Source: the human T2T-CHM13v2.0 reference genome, Homo sapiens. Taken from it: a DNA stretch of 64,000 nucleotides. The notes beneath the pieces were generated by a model. It searched no databases. It was given only the letters and a program-made list of their open reading frames with translations, and had not been told where the DNA came from. Location of the stretch: assembly GCF_009914755.1 (NCBI RefSeq), contig NC_060930.1; one strand, given 5' to 3'. Position numbers and translations under genes: made by a program. Positions 16,361 to 29,111 of this stretch are shown here, piece by piece (positions within the stretch are counted from its first letter, which is position 1; every line of letters begins with the position of its first letter).

Positions 16361-18023
16361 TAAATGTGTGTGTATTCATATATGTATTAAGATTATATAT
16401 ATGAAAGTAAAACTACAATTAACAGTGTTGTATGAGGATCAATAGAATCTTTTCTGAGTTTATTTCTTAAGTGAGATTTCTGTAGCATCCACACCAGGCT
16501 GACCATCAGTATGCCTTGACTTAGCTCCTTTAGAGCAGTCCAAATCATGTCTCCAACATACCTTCCCATGTGCCTCTTTTCCTTCTCACAGATTTATCTT
16601 TTGCTTCACTCAGGTGACTGCCTGTTCTACTTTGGAGAACCACCTCTGCTGCCCTAATTTTCTTGCTCCCCAAATGACCTTCCCTTTTCCTTCAGGTCAA
16701 AGTCAAACCTTTTTCGAAAACTGTCTCAGTGCTTTGTTTTTTTGTTGTTCTCTGCACTTTCTAGCACACATTATTTGTATCATAATCATTATGTGGTTGA
16801 AATGTTTTTTACTTAGTAGATTCCTAGTGTGCAAGAATCTTAAGGCATCAGGACACAGTATTGTGTATATAGTACCATTGCAACTATATGTAGAAAAATG
16901 CATAAAAAGGGACTTGAGAAAAGATCAATTTAATTTTTTCATGTATATATATACAAGTATGTCTTCATGCTCATATATATGTATATCTGTAGATGTGCTT
17001 GTGTGTATTTACATGTATTTAGATACAGTTTTCTAGAATAAGCATATATTTTCATAGGAAAAAGGAGACTTCCTGGACAACGTCTAATCATGAAATCTTG
17101 CTATTTTATACAATAGGAGTAGGCAGTTGATTTTAAAAAAAACTTGATGAAAAAAATAGCATAGTTTTTGATGAATTTTCAAGAAAGCAAGTTAGGTATT
17201 TTTATTAATATTGTTTCATGTTGGTGAAATTAGGAAGCATAGTTTTTCTTATTTCCACACAGATGATTCTAGCTACTTTAAAGAGATGAGTTTTATTTCT
17301 ATAACCTGTGACTAGTTGCATAAAAAGCAGGTTATTTTAATTCTACACTCTCTCTTTACAGTGACTTTAGGGGAAATGAAGGCTGAAACCCAGGTGTCTG
17401 CTGGCTCCTCCCTGCTACAAAGGGTGAGGCATGAAGGGCCTTTGCCAGAGCATTTTAATGAATCTTTGGGTATAAAAAGGCAGCTCTAGAAAAGAGTGGG
17501 AGGTGGGATGTAAATTGTTCTGCATAATAAACTGAGAAAATGGAGCTTCTGGAAGGGAAGAGAAAAACCAGGGGGCGGGTGGGGGGCAGTGGGAGATGTG
17601 AGAAGACTCTGTAGGCTCATTGCTTTAGCCCACAAATATTTATTGAATTATTAAAATGGGGTAGGCACGGTTCTAGGTACTGGAGATTCACTGATGCATA
17701 ATAAAAATCCTTGCCCTATTGGAGTTAATATTCTAGTAGGCAGGAAGCTTGAGCCAGTGAGATTTTTGGGGAGATTGGGGGCACTAGAGGACTTTAAGAG
17801 AAGGGATGTCTACTATTCAATGTTGTTTTACTCACTGCTGTAATGTAACTCCATGTTGCCCTCAGGTTTACAGCAAAGGTACAATATTCACAAATGCTGG
17901 ATGTAGAGGATTAGGGCTGACAGCTTAGCTGTACACCTTCACAGAGTGTGACCCCTCTTTGTTCTTATCATCAGCAGTACCTCCTGCTGCACCCTACCCT
18001 CTCCTGCTGCAGTGATGTGCTGA

Positions 18024-18481
<458 letters not shown>

Positions 18482-18770
18482 AGCTGTTTCAATTTTAATT
18501 TATGACTTTTGTCCCTTTATCTCCTCTGATTAAAACTTTTTAATGGCTTTGTATTACCCCCAGGTTACAGGCCCAATTCCATAAAACAAGATATAAGAGC
18601 CACATAATACAGTGCTCTGACCCCTACTTTGGTCTTCCTGGAGCTGATCCTCCAGGGCTTTGCACAATTTAATCTCTCCACCCTTCACCTCTGGACCCTG
18701 CCTGGCTAAATCTCAATTTCATCGTCTCTTCTCCAGAAACGCTTCCTTTGACTTCCTTAGGTTAGGTCTC

Positions 18771-19139
18771 TGTCTTAGTCCCTTTGGGTTGCTATAGCAA
18801 AATGACATAGACTAGGTAATTTGCAAACAACAGAAATGTGTTACTCATAGCTCTGGAGGCTGGTACTTCCAGGATCAAGGTACCAGCAGATTCAGTGTCT
18901 GGTGAGAATTTGCTCTCTACTTCAAAGGTGACACTTTGTTGCTGTTTCTTCACATGGCTTAAGGAGCCAGGGACCTCCTTCAAGAAACTTTTATAAGGAC
19001 ACTAATTCCATTTATGAGGATGGAGCCCCAATGACTTCCCAAGACCCTTCCCAAAGGCCTCAGCTCTTAATACTATCACATTGAATATTAGATTGCAACA
19101 AATAAATTTTGGAGGGAAACCAATATTCAAACCATAGCA
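18771..19139 (-). mobile_element. MLT1A-type MaLR solo LTR, nested in an L2 remnant (~18530-19290)
   Basis: tgtcttagtcc...aaaccatagca termini and the internal ctggaggctgg...ggatcaagg...cagcagattcagtgtctggtgag. Confidence 0.85.
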
Positions 19140-19593
19140 GCCTTCCTGTTGAATACTCTTACAGCTCCCTGCAGTCCCTCACACATTGATCTCACTTGTA
19201 GCACACTGTGTAGTACCTAGCTTCTGTGTCAGATTTTAAGTTTCAATAGTTCAGTAAGTATACTCCTCTCTCTCATCTCCGTATTTTCAGAGATAAGCCT
19301 AGTAGGTCCATTGATTGTAACAAATGTACCACTTGGGTAGGGATGTTTAGGAGCTTGACAGTGCAGATAGGAGTCCGCAGGAGCCTGGAGACCAGTTGGA
19401 GTGGTGGACTCCAGGTTATCCTCAGAATCTACCCCCTTTTCTGGTGACCAGGGATCTTTGTGCCTGGGTAAGCTTCTCTTTCCTGGGATGGGTTTGCTCT
19501 TAGAGGCGCTTTATTGCTGCAAAGTTATAGATTTCTATCTAGCTTGTTTGGTCTCAGGATGGACCTTGGGTGCAATCTTTTGGTAAACATTTA

Positions 19594-19630
19594 GCGCGAG
19601 CACGCGCGCGCACACACACACACACACACA
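19594..19630. repeat. (CG)n(CA)n microsatellite
   Basis: gcgcgagcacgcgcgcgcacacacacacacacacaca is directly visible. Confidence 0.9.
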
Positions 19631-19639
19631 AACCACAGG

Positions 19640-20905
19640 AAGCCAAAGGAGATACACAGATGGCAAATAAGCATATGAGGCTGGGCGTGGTGGCTCAGGC
19701 CTGTAATCCCAGCACTTTGGGAGACCAAGGCAGGCAGATCACTTGAGGTCAGGATTTAGAGACCAGCCTGGCCAACATGGCCAAACCTTGTCTCTACTAA
19801 AAATACAAAAATTAGCTGAGCATGGTGGTGCATCCCTGTAGTCCCAGCTACTTGGGAGGCTGAGGCACGAGAATTACTTAAACCTGAGAGGCAGAGGCTG
19901 CAGTGAGCCAAGGTCCCACTGCACTCCAGCCTTGGTGACAGAGAGAGACTGTGCCTCAAAAAAAAAAAAAAAAAGTGCATATGAAAAGATGCTCCACATC
20001 AAATGTCATCAGGGAAATGCAAATTAAAACAACAATGATATACTACTATATGCCTATTAAAATGGTCAAAATCCAGAATACTGACAACACCAAATGCTGG
20101 GAAGGATATTGAGCAACAGAAAGTCCATTCATTGCTGACTGGAATGCAAAATGGTACAGGCACGTTGGAAGACAGTTTGGCAATCTTTTACAAAACTAAA
20201 CATATTCTTACCATACGAGATCCAGCAATCATGCTTCTTGGTATCTGTCTGAAAAAGTTGAAAACTTATGTCCACACAAAAACCCGCACACAGATGTTTA
20301 TAGTGGCCTTATTCATAATTGCCCAAAATTTGAAGCAACCAAGATATCCTTCAGTAGATGAATGGGTCAGTAAGCTCTGGTACATTCAGACAATGGATGT
20401 AAAAAATGAGTATCAGGCCATGAAAAGACATGAAGGAAATTGAAATGCATAGTTCTAAGTGAAAGAAGCCAATCTGAAAAGGATACCTACCATATGATCC
20501 TAAAATATGACATTCAGTAGAAGGTAAAACTATGGAGATAATAAAAATATCCATGGTTGACAGGGGTTGAGGGAGGAGTGATGAGTACTTAGAGCACAGA
20601 GGATTTTACGGGCAGTGAAACTACTGTGCATGATGCTGTAATGGTAGATACATGTCACACATTTGTCTAAACCCATGGCATGTACCACGCCAACAGTGAA
20701 TCTAATGTAAACTATGGGCTCTGTGTGACAATGATGTGTCAATGTAGGTCCATTGATTGTAGCACATGTACCACCTGGGTGGGGTTGTTTATAGTGGAGA
20801 AGGCTGTGTGTATGTAGGAGCTGGGGATATGTGGGAAATCTCCGTACTTTGTGCTCAATTTTGCTTTAAACCTAAAACTGCTCTAGAAAAGAGTCTACTG
20901 AAAAA
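19640..20905 (+). mobile_element. L1MC1/2-like LINE-1 3' end, interrupted by an Alu
   Basis: ORF2 end plus 3' UTR (gggaaatctccgtactttgtgctcaattttgc...aacctaaaactgctct). Confidence 0.85.
19679..19974 (+). mobile_element. AluS (Sz/Sx-like) nested in the L1MC
   Basis: Dimeric Alu with an A-tail. gcatatga is repeated on both sides as the TSD core. Confidence 0.93.
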
Positions 20906-22066
20906 AACCCCAGACAATTCAGGATATCCACGGAGATAAAAGTTAGTTAACCACAAGGGACCAAAGCTCTGCAAGAGTAACCAGTAGTGCCCAGATAATA
21001 ACTGACTTGTGTTTTTACTATTCTCAGAGCAAGAAAAGTCACTGATTGTAATAACTCATAACTTTGGCCTTGGTACTTTGGCATTGTTAGTGTGTGAGTA
21101 AAAATTACTTATATTCTGGTAAGACCCTGAGTTGTGTAACCTATGTAGTTTTCTTTACTTGCTGTATTTATCCCAAATTCCGTTACTCAGTTTGATACAT
21201 GCTGTTCTGTTTATTCGTTACAGAACTGACTTCAAGAGTGTCAAACACTTCTCTCACAGTTCTTAACTGCTCCTTCTCCTGATTTCTATACTTCGTTTCC
21301 CCCTGGCTTATCATCTCTGCCTCTTCAGCAGAGATCAGTGACAACCCCCAGGCCCTTTTATTTTTATTTTATATTTATTCACTTTTGTCAGTCCACATTT
21401 CCACAGAGGGATTTTGTCATTTTTATTTAGATTCTGGCCTTGACTCTATTTACTTATCAAAGGCTTCAGAATCCTTTGGGATCTATGAGGCAGAGTGGAG
21501 AAAAGTCAACTGTAAGAAAAGCTACTTCAACTGCACAGTGAAGGGTCCTTGTCTGTGAGCCCAGTGAGATCTCCATGTCAATCATTTTGGTTTTACCCAC
21601 ACATACTGGAAGCCGTGCTGGGATCTAATTTTGAGGACATTATGTGCTGACAGATAGCAAAACACATCTACATAAAATCCTTTCTTCTTGCTACCTCATA
21701 AATTTGAACGAAGTGGGTAAAACTAGGTTCTGGTTATCAGAGAATAATTTGGATTAGTCTCCTTTTTACTAAACACTCACATCCAGTGTTACATCACTTC
21801 TGTTTTATATTCACTGTCAGGCTATGCTACATATGCCAATGAAGCTTATAAAATTGAATTTGATAAATTATTTTATCTTGTACAGAGATGTTTTTCTGGA
21901 GCAATTAACCTATGAGAGAAAAGAAATCGGAAAAGTTACACACTTCTTTCTTTTTTCTTGAAATGGATCATGAAATCTAATTTGAATAACAACTTTAAGA
22001 AATTACATGCTGTTTCTACTTGATGTTATACAAAAGCTTTGCCTCTTTTCCTTTTTGGCCACCTCT

Positions 22067-22080
22067 GTTGTCATGACAAC
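22067..22080. promoter_or_regulatory. Palindromic RFX X-box-like motif GTTGTCATGACAAC
   Basis: Perfect 14-bp palindrome close to the RFX consensus GTTGCCATGGCAAC, in repeat-poor sequence. Function untested. Confidence 0.4.
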
Positions 22081-24054
22081 GAATGTGATTTCACAGATGC
22101 AGCAGTGCATTTGTTGAGCAGGAAGAGTGGGCCACTGTTTATGAGAGTAATTATTTAAGAACAGGTGTCATTAGCATAAGATTCAATGTCAAACTCGTTA
22201 GAAAAAGAACAAAGTGGAATATTGTTATCACATAAAATCAGGAAAATATTAGAAGAAAAATAGCAAAAGTGTATAAGACACTTGAGTGTACACAGCATTC
22301 TTGTGGGTGAATTCAGTATAAATATGGAAATGCATATAATATAAACATACGGTCATTGAAATATAGCCCTGGAAGGGACCCTGAAAATAAATCTAGTGTA
22401 AACTCTTGAGTTGTTATAATGAAAAAAATTAAAAAATCAGACTGTTCTTCAACAAGATGCATGTATAATTTCTTGTGGGAAATCAATGAACACTAGAAAT
22501 ATATGTTGCTATTGGGAGAAATGCAGAGCTAATTTAAGTGGATATTACATGGTTTCAGATTCACCTCTGTATTAATGAAATAAATATATTTTCTTATAAT
22601 CTCTGAGAAGCTTCTGATTTGAGTCCATGGTCTTATGGTAATGCACCATTACATCTAGGGAGGTAATCCCAATTGAGCAAAGTAATTGAGTTTTCAATAT
22701 AATTTTTTTTTTTTTTACAAATGTGAGATAATGAAATACTTCTCACTGAAAATGAAAGTGAAGTTGAGTCAAATTGTTATTCTTGAAAGTGAAAGAGTGG
22801 CTTTGAACTAAAGAGCTAAAGCTAACATCACACTTCCATTAAAATGCACCCTTCATAAAATTCCTCCCCCATTCATTTTCATATACCTACGATTTCTATA
22901 ACCACTAGCCATTTCCAAGTATTGTATGATATGGCTGTTGAAGCAACATCCTTTAAAATCCATTTAATCATTTCAGCCCATTTCATGATTTAACTGGTGC
23001 AAACTGCCCTGTTTTTCTTTTGTCATTTTTCTTTTTCATTTTTGCCATTACAGTTGAAATTTGTAAACAAAGTGATGCACTCACCTGGGTAAAACAAGTT
23101 GTATGCTGATAACCATCTAAACTCTCTTATTCATCCTCAAAATTCATCCAATAAAATTTTTCTTTTGGGATTACTTGAAAATAAATGGGCAGGGTAAGGG
23201 TTTTCCAATTTCAAGAGAACTCAGGATTTAGGAGAAGGGCTAATGAATATTTGTGAACCAATAGTAAGTCTGCCCACAGCATTAATAATGTCCCTGAAAT
23301 CCCATGACATTTCTCTTCTCAAAATGTGATGATTATAAGGTTGTACTTTCAGTGACTTCCCAAGGTTTAAGCTCTTCCTTCTCCAACATTTATAAGACAT
23401 TTCTCAACATAGCAGGGACTATTAGATTTGTCAGCTTCAGAAAGTAATTGATATTTTCCTGTCGATTGCTGTTGTGGAAATCTGTCAGCTATCTCTTGGC
23501 GTTATTTCCAAGAACACTCTTCATTCTAAATGTGTAGAATTTCACCTTACTGATAGAGATGAGGACAAAAGTGATATATAAATTGTTGGATCAGATTAAT
23601 TTAAATAATAGGATTCAATTTTTAGATATAAAAACTAACAGGAAATTATGAGTTTAGATGCTTTTTATTTTGTTTTGGATCAATGGAAATGCTTACTTTA
23701 AAAGAAACATATTTAGTATATAGAACCATTGGCACCAATTGAAATTTCATTGCAGAGTATGGCTGCTGTGAAAGGCAGGGAAATTTTTGAACTGTGATAT
23801 AACTATATAATGAAGGAGTTTGCACATGTTTAATATTGTGGCAATTGTGACACCAAATATTTAGTTGATGGGTGCACTAAAATGAACAACTCGGTTTAGC
23901 AAAAACTCTCAAAGGCCATCAATATAAATGACCTATGGACATGTCAATAATTCTATGGTTAGCTCAGCAAACAGTTATGAAGATTTTAAGCTGGTGAAAA
24001 GAAACATTTGTGTGTGCCTGAGTATATAAGAACCATGCATGCACAAAATGCAAT

Positions 24055-24255
24055 AAAATATAGTGGCTAAAAGAATGAGCTTTGGAGTCAGAGTTCTAAT
24101 CCCAACTTGGACTCTACTTGTTGTGAAACTTTAGATAAGTTAAAGTCCTGAAACCTTAGTTTTGCTGCTATAAAATGGGGATAATAATTTCTTACTCATT
24201 GTGGTGGAATGTGATAAAAATTATCTTGCACATAGTAGGTACTCAACAGTAGTAC
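24055..24255 (+). mobile_element. MIR SINE
   Basis: tagtggctaaaagaatgagctttggagtcaga...tataaaatggggataataat...cacatagtaggtactcaa. Confidence 0.8.
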
Positions 24256-24677
24256 TAATGATTACTCTTTTGATAGGCTTATTGAGTCTGTGTAGTAAAG
24301 GTAAAATATCATTAATCATTTTTATTTTAATTAAAAATACTTTCGTTCTAGGAAATAAACACAGATGAATTATAACTCAAGTATTAAAAATTTTGAAGTA
24401 GACTTTGAGATTATTACACAGATGCTTATTGTAACCCCTATAAAAATGTACATTTTATTGTTTACTGTCTAATGAACCTTAAAGAATCAGTTGTAAACTT
24501 AGCTATATAATGGTTAATAAAGTATTTTGGGTGGAGTAACATGAATAGCCTAGGCAGTCTGCGATAAAAGGCCCCAGCTACATAGTGTGGTGCCATTTCT
24601 TTGAAGGAATTGCAGTGCTGGCTTCTAAATTAGAATGCTCTTATATGGATTGCTGACTCTGTGCTGTACTACATGCA

Positions 24678-24860
24678 TTGGTGTGCTGATAAACTGTCTG
24701 TTTCAATGATCACAAAAACAGTGACAACAACAAAAGCCCAGACTTGTAGCATTTGCCTGTTTTTAAGGCGTAAATAATTCCATCATACCTGAGATAAGCT
24801 GTAATTCTTAAATATTTAACAATCAGCTCTTGCAGAAAGGAACTCCTGCACTCCACAGTA
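24678..24860 (+). mobile_element. MER63-like hAT-Blackjack relic
   Basis: ggtgtgctg...aaaagcccagacttgtagcatttgcc...aaatatttaacaatcagctct resembles recalled MER63 features. Confidence 0.6.
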
Positions 24861-25289
24861 GACATTCTATTATGCTGATCCTAGTTACAGATTTTTTGAT
24901 GACCACTCTGGTGAGGCTATGCCCGTCTGCTATCAAAAACTTTTTGCCTCCATCCTGCCTGTGAGAGACAGGCTTACTGGACCATAATGGGTCTCAATTT
25001 GAGAAGCAAATTTGATCTTCCTCTCTAAATTTAAGGTCCATGGGAGGAATTAATGACAATTTCCTTAATGGGATGTTAAAGTGATTACAAATACTTGGGC
25101 ACAAACTGGAAGGATCAACACAATGATAAGGTCAATTGATTACCTTTTTGGACCTTACATGATTATAGGCACTCACAGAAATTCAAAAGGCAAAGGCATG
25201 ATTATATAAAAAAGATTTCTTTTTGGGTATTTATGGTTCTGGGAAAGAAGCAATTTATCTACACACCTAGACTCTCTATACACAGACAT

Positions 25290-25318
25290 TATCTATCTAT
25301 CATCTATCTATCTATCTG

Positions 25319-25360
<42 letters not shown>

Positions 25361-25368
25361 ATCATCTA
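25290..25368. repeat. Compound tetranucleotide STR [TATC]3 ATC [TATC]3 TGTC [TATC]10
   Basis: Directly counted from the sequence. Confidence 0.97.
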
Positions 25369-28300
25369 TGTCCATAATGTTCTTGATAATAACTGGATTA
25401 ACAATAAAGACACAACATTACCAATCAGATAACTTTATCATTCTTAAATTTATAAATACCATTAAATAACTTGCAAATGTTATTTCATCATTTTTAGGTT
25501 AAAGTTTTGTAATTGATACTATTTTAGGGAGCAAATTCGTACTAAATTGCAGATGTCTGATGTGAAAGAATGTTCATTTTGAAAAGAGATGAAATTGAAA
25601 TAATTGTACCTTTTATTGTAGTCGAATTTTCTTCTTGCCTCTTTCTTTTTAGTGGTAATGGTAGATTACACAATTAATTCCTTTTATATTTGGTGGTTTG
25701 ATTACATTCCCTTAAATATTATAGAAAGAGAATTTTAAAAACCTCAGTTTTTGTTAAGCCCTAGAATTCACTTTCTCACTGTGGTTTCTTCCTAGGCTGG
25801 CTTAGTGGGAAATGTAGGATCATGGATTTGAATTACTGTTAGAGAAGAAAGCTTAGTCTATGCTCTTCATGCAGGACAGAATCATGAATTATTTTAATCA
25901 TCATCCACGAACCTGGATTAAACACCTACATTATGCAGAGCACTGGCTGGAAATTTGGAAGTGGGTGTCATCAGCAGTGTTTGGGTATTTACTCCCCCTC
26001 AAGAAGTCTTGAGCTATGTAAAATAGCCATGCACACAGATTTGTGGCTGTTATCTTGTAATCCCACAATTGCTGTTGGAGAACTTCACCATATGTCAGAT
26101 CTTCCTTACTTTGCTAGGTTTAGCTATGCCAAGTTATTTTGAGGAACGGATTGATGATTAATAGCAGAACTTCTGGGTGAGTCTTTAGGAAGAAAAAACC
26201 CTGTGTCCAGGCATTTGTCTCAGTGCCATATAGGAAACAGAGGAAATCAGAACTGAGCCCATATGGAGAGAGGTCTTGGAGTCTAACATGTGTTATGCAT
26301 TTCCTGTGTCAGTTTTCCTATCTCTGTGATAACACAAAGAAACTGCAGCTTAAAGAAGGAAGACAAAGGTTATAAATGTACAGCATTAAATAGCCAGAAC
26401 ACAGTTAGGACTTCAAGATGAATTCATGTTAATCTCCCTGGGAAAGAGCAGTTTCCACAACTTCGTGCAGGTCTCAGTGTGAATTGAAGAAACAAAACAT
26501 TGCAAAAGAGTGAGGGAGAGAATTATTGATTTAGTGGGGTTGCTAATAGCGTAAATGAGCTTCCTTTGAAGCAAAAGGCTCTGCCACAGGAAAGAAAGGC
26601 AGCATCTCTGCAAATAGAAGTGAGAGGCATTCAAGTATAAAAAGAAAGCAAAGATTCTGGGGTATTTTTAATTTGATTTTTGGGAGTCTGGATATCTGTG
26701 ACTCTTGCAGATATAGCTTTAGTTAAGTGACAGGAAAGAAAAACAGAGAAAGAAACTAGAAGTCTATTATTAAACCCTTTTCAAATATTATTTTTTTCTT
26801 CAGTATTATTCTTTGGTCTATAGATTTTCTTTCTTTTTTGTCATTAAATTCAAGACTGTGTATGGATTATAATGCAATATCCTAGTCCTGAACTTCAAAC
26901 TGTAGAAGAATTTTAAGGTGAGATGAGTTGTTTTAATAATATGTTGCCGATTTAAACTGAGATGTAGTAATTCACAAGGCAAAAAAAAAAAAAAAAAATT
27001 CATCATTTGCTCAGGCCTCTAAGGAAGGCGGCAGGCGCCAGTGCAAACTCACTTAAGTCATTTATTAAAATGTTTTCAAGGCCAATGATCAAATCTAGGG
27101 AAGAGAACTAACATTTACTGAGTACCTACCAGATTCTAGTTACTGTGATAAGCACTGATATTTCTGAACAACTCTATGAAGAAGATCGGGAAATCTCAGT
27201 TACAGAGAGGATGAATTAGTGTTCAGAGAAGTGAAGCAATATACAAGAGACTATATGGCAATCCATATGGTTCTTACTGCAAATGCCAGCATTGCCCACT
27301 GGAAAGGACCTTCTAGCAGAGAAACATTGTACATGTGTGAATTAATGGGACAACATTTGGTTCTATATTTTTATTTTTTGAATGAGGAAACTGAAGCTTG
27401 CTATAGTTATATAACTCACTGTAAGCTCCAAGTGGCAGAGCTAGGTGCTTGGATTCTGATTCATTAATTGTTTGGCCACTGCCATATTTACGAATCTACG
27501 GGTGCTCTTTAACAGCACATGTCATCAAAAGCAAAGATCACAAGGTTTCCTGCCCATTAAAATCTCAGGGTGAATGTATTTCCTTAATTGGCTTTTCATC
27601 ACCTTTATTTCTGCCTTTTTTCTTTTCTTTTTACACAGTTCCCAAAGGATTTGACTGATGTAGCTTTCATTTTAAGCCAGCACTATGATCCACCTGGGTT
27701 TTTGGTTTTGAGAGCCACCATGAAACTTAACATGCAGCTTTTTCTTTTCCTTCAAAATTAACTCCCAAATATTATTTTATCTTTACAGGAATGTTACTGC
27801 TAGTATCTTAAAGAGAAAGAAAAATACTGGTTAATTCAAAAAAGCAAATACCAAGGAAGCCATAAGGTTGAAGATATCTTTAAAAACAGAATCCTAATTA
27901 CAACCGGACTTAGCTCTCTATGAAATGTGAATAGTACTGTGTCTATTACCCTTTAGCCCCCTTCTGTGATTCTCTTCTAGATAGCTTCCTAGAAGGCTTC
28001 ATTCTTTCATTATTTGTCATTTCTCACACTGGGGTCCTCTACACTCAGTGTTTCCCTTCATTTCTGGTCTTGTAGTTGGTTATCCAAGGGTGTCTGTGAG
28101 CCCCAGCCTCCAAGTTCTCCATTTGTGTAAGCAGTGGGGCATTAAGCCTTGCCTAAATTTCAGCCAAATATTTGTGACTGGAATGCTAGAAAGAGAGATG
28201 GCTGAAGATGTCTAGAAAAGGAGATAACAGAAAAAATGTGATGATGCCATGGGAATGGATACAATTATTTTGACTATCCTCAACCTCTTTCTCTAAACCA

Positions 28301-28800
28301 GTGGCTGACAACAAAAGTATGAGGTTGAGGGAAGATGAATTCTGGAAGGGTCAATGCAAAGCACTTAGAATTTCTAGAGAAGGAGAACTGGGACCATGAC
28401 ACATATATCCTAGAGATAGGATGCCTTAGAATGTGGGAACTGAAACAGGAAAACTCTTCATCTCTCCAGTCATTAAATGTTAAGGATGAGGTTAAAAGAA
28501 TGATCTTTTACAAGATTTAGTTTTCCTTTGCAATATTTTGGCTTAACATTTATTATTTATAAATTTTTTATAAGCTAATTTTCAGTTCAGGCCTCCCACC
28601 CTCAAGATACATAAACTTGACTTGAACTAATAACACCATGGCTTGTGGAAGCCACAGGTCTTTCAAAACATCAGAAACATCCCAAGTTTTACCTGTTATG
28701 GTCTGTCTTCTCCATCTATGAAATCTTTATTGTTATATGTGGCCTGATTTATTATGTTTTGAATTGATATAAATGTTTACTTATTTTCAAAAATAAGCCT

Positions 28801-29111
28801 TGCTATAGTTTGAGTGTGATCTTTCCAAAAGGCAGGGTTTGCCATATGATACTAAGAGGAGGGACCTGTAAGAGGTAATTACGCCACGAAGCCTCTTCCC
28901 TCATTAGTAGGATAAGATGCTCTTATAAAAAGGCTTGATGCCACAGCATTCTTCCTCTCCAATGGATGCAGCCCTTACCAGACAACTGAACCTGCTGGCG
29001 TCTTAATCTTGGATTTCTCAACCTCCAGAAGTGTGAGAAAATAATTTTCTGCTCTTTATACATGACCCAGTCTCAGGTATTTTGTTATATTAGTGCAAAT
29101 AGACTAAGATA
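28801..29111 (+). mobile_element. MST-type (MSTC-like) MaLR solo LTR with internal deletion
   Basis: tgctatagtttga...agactaagata termini and ccagacaactgaacctgctggc...cttggatttctcaacctccagaa. Confidence 0.8.
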
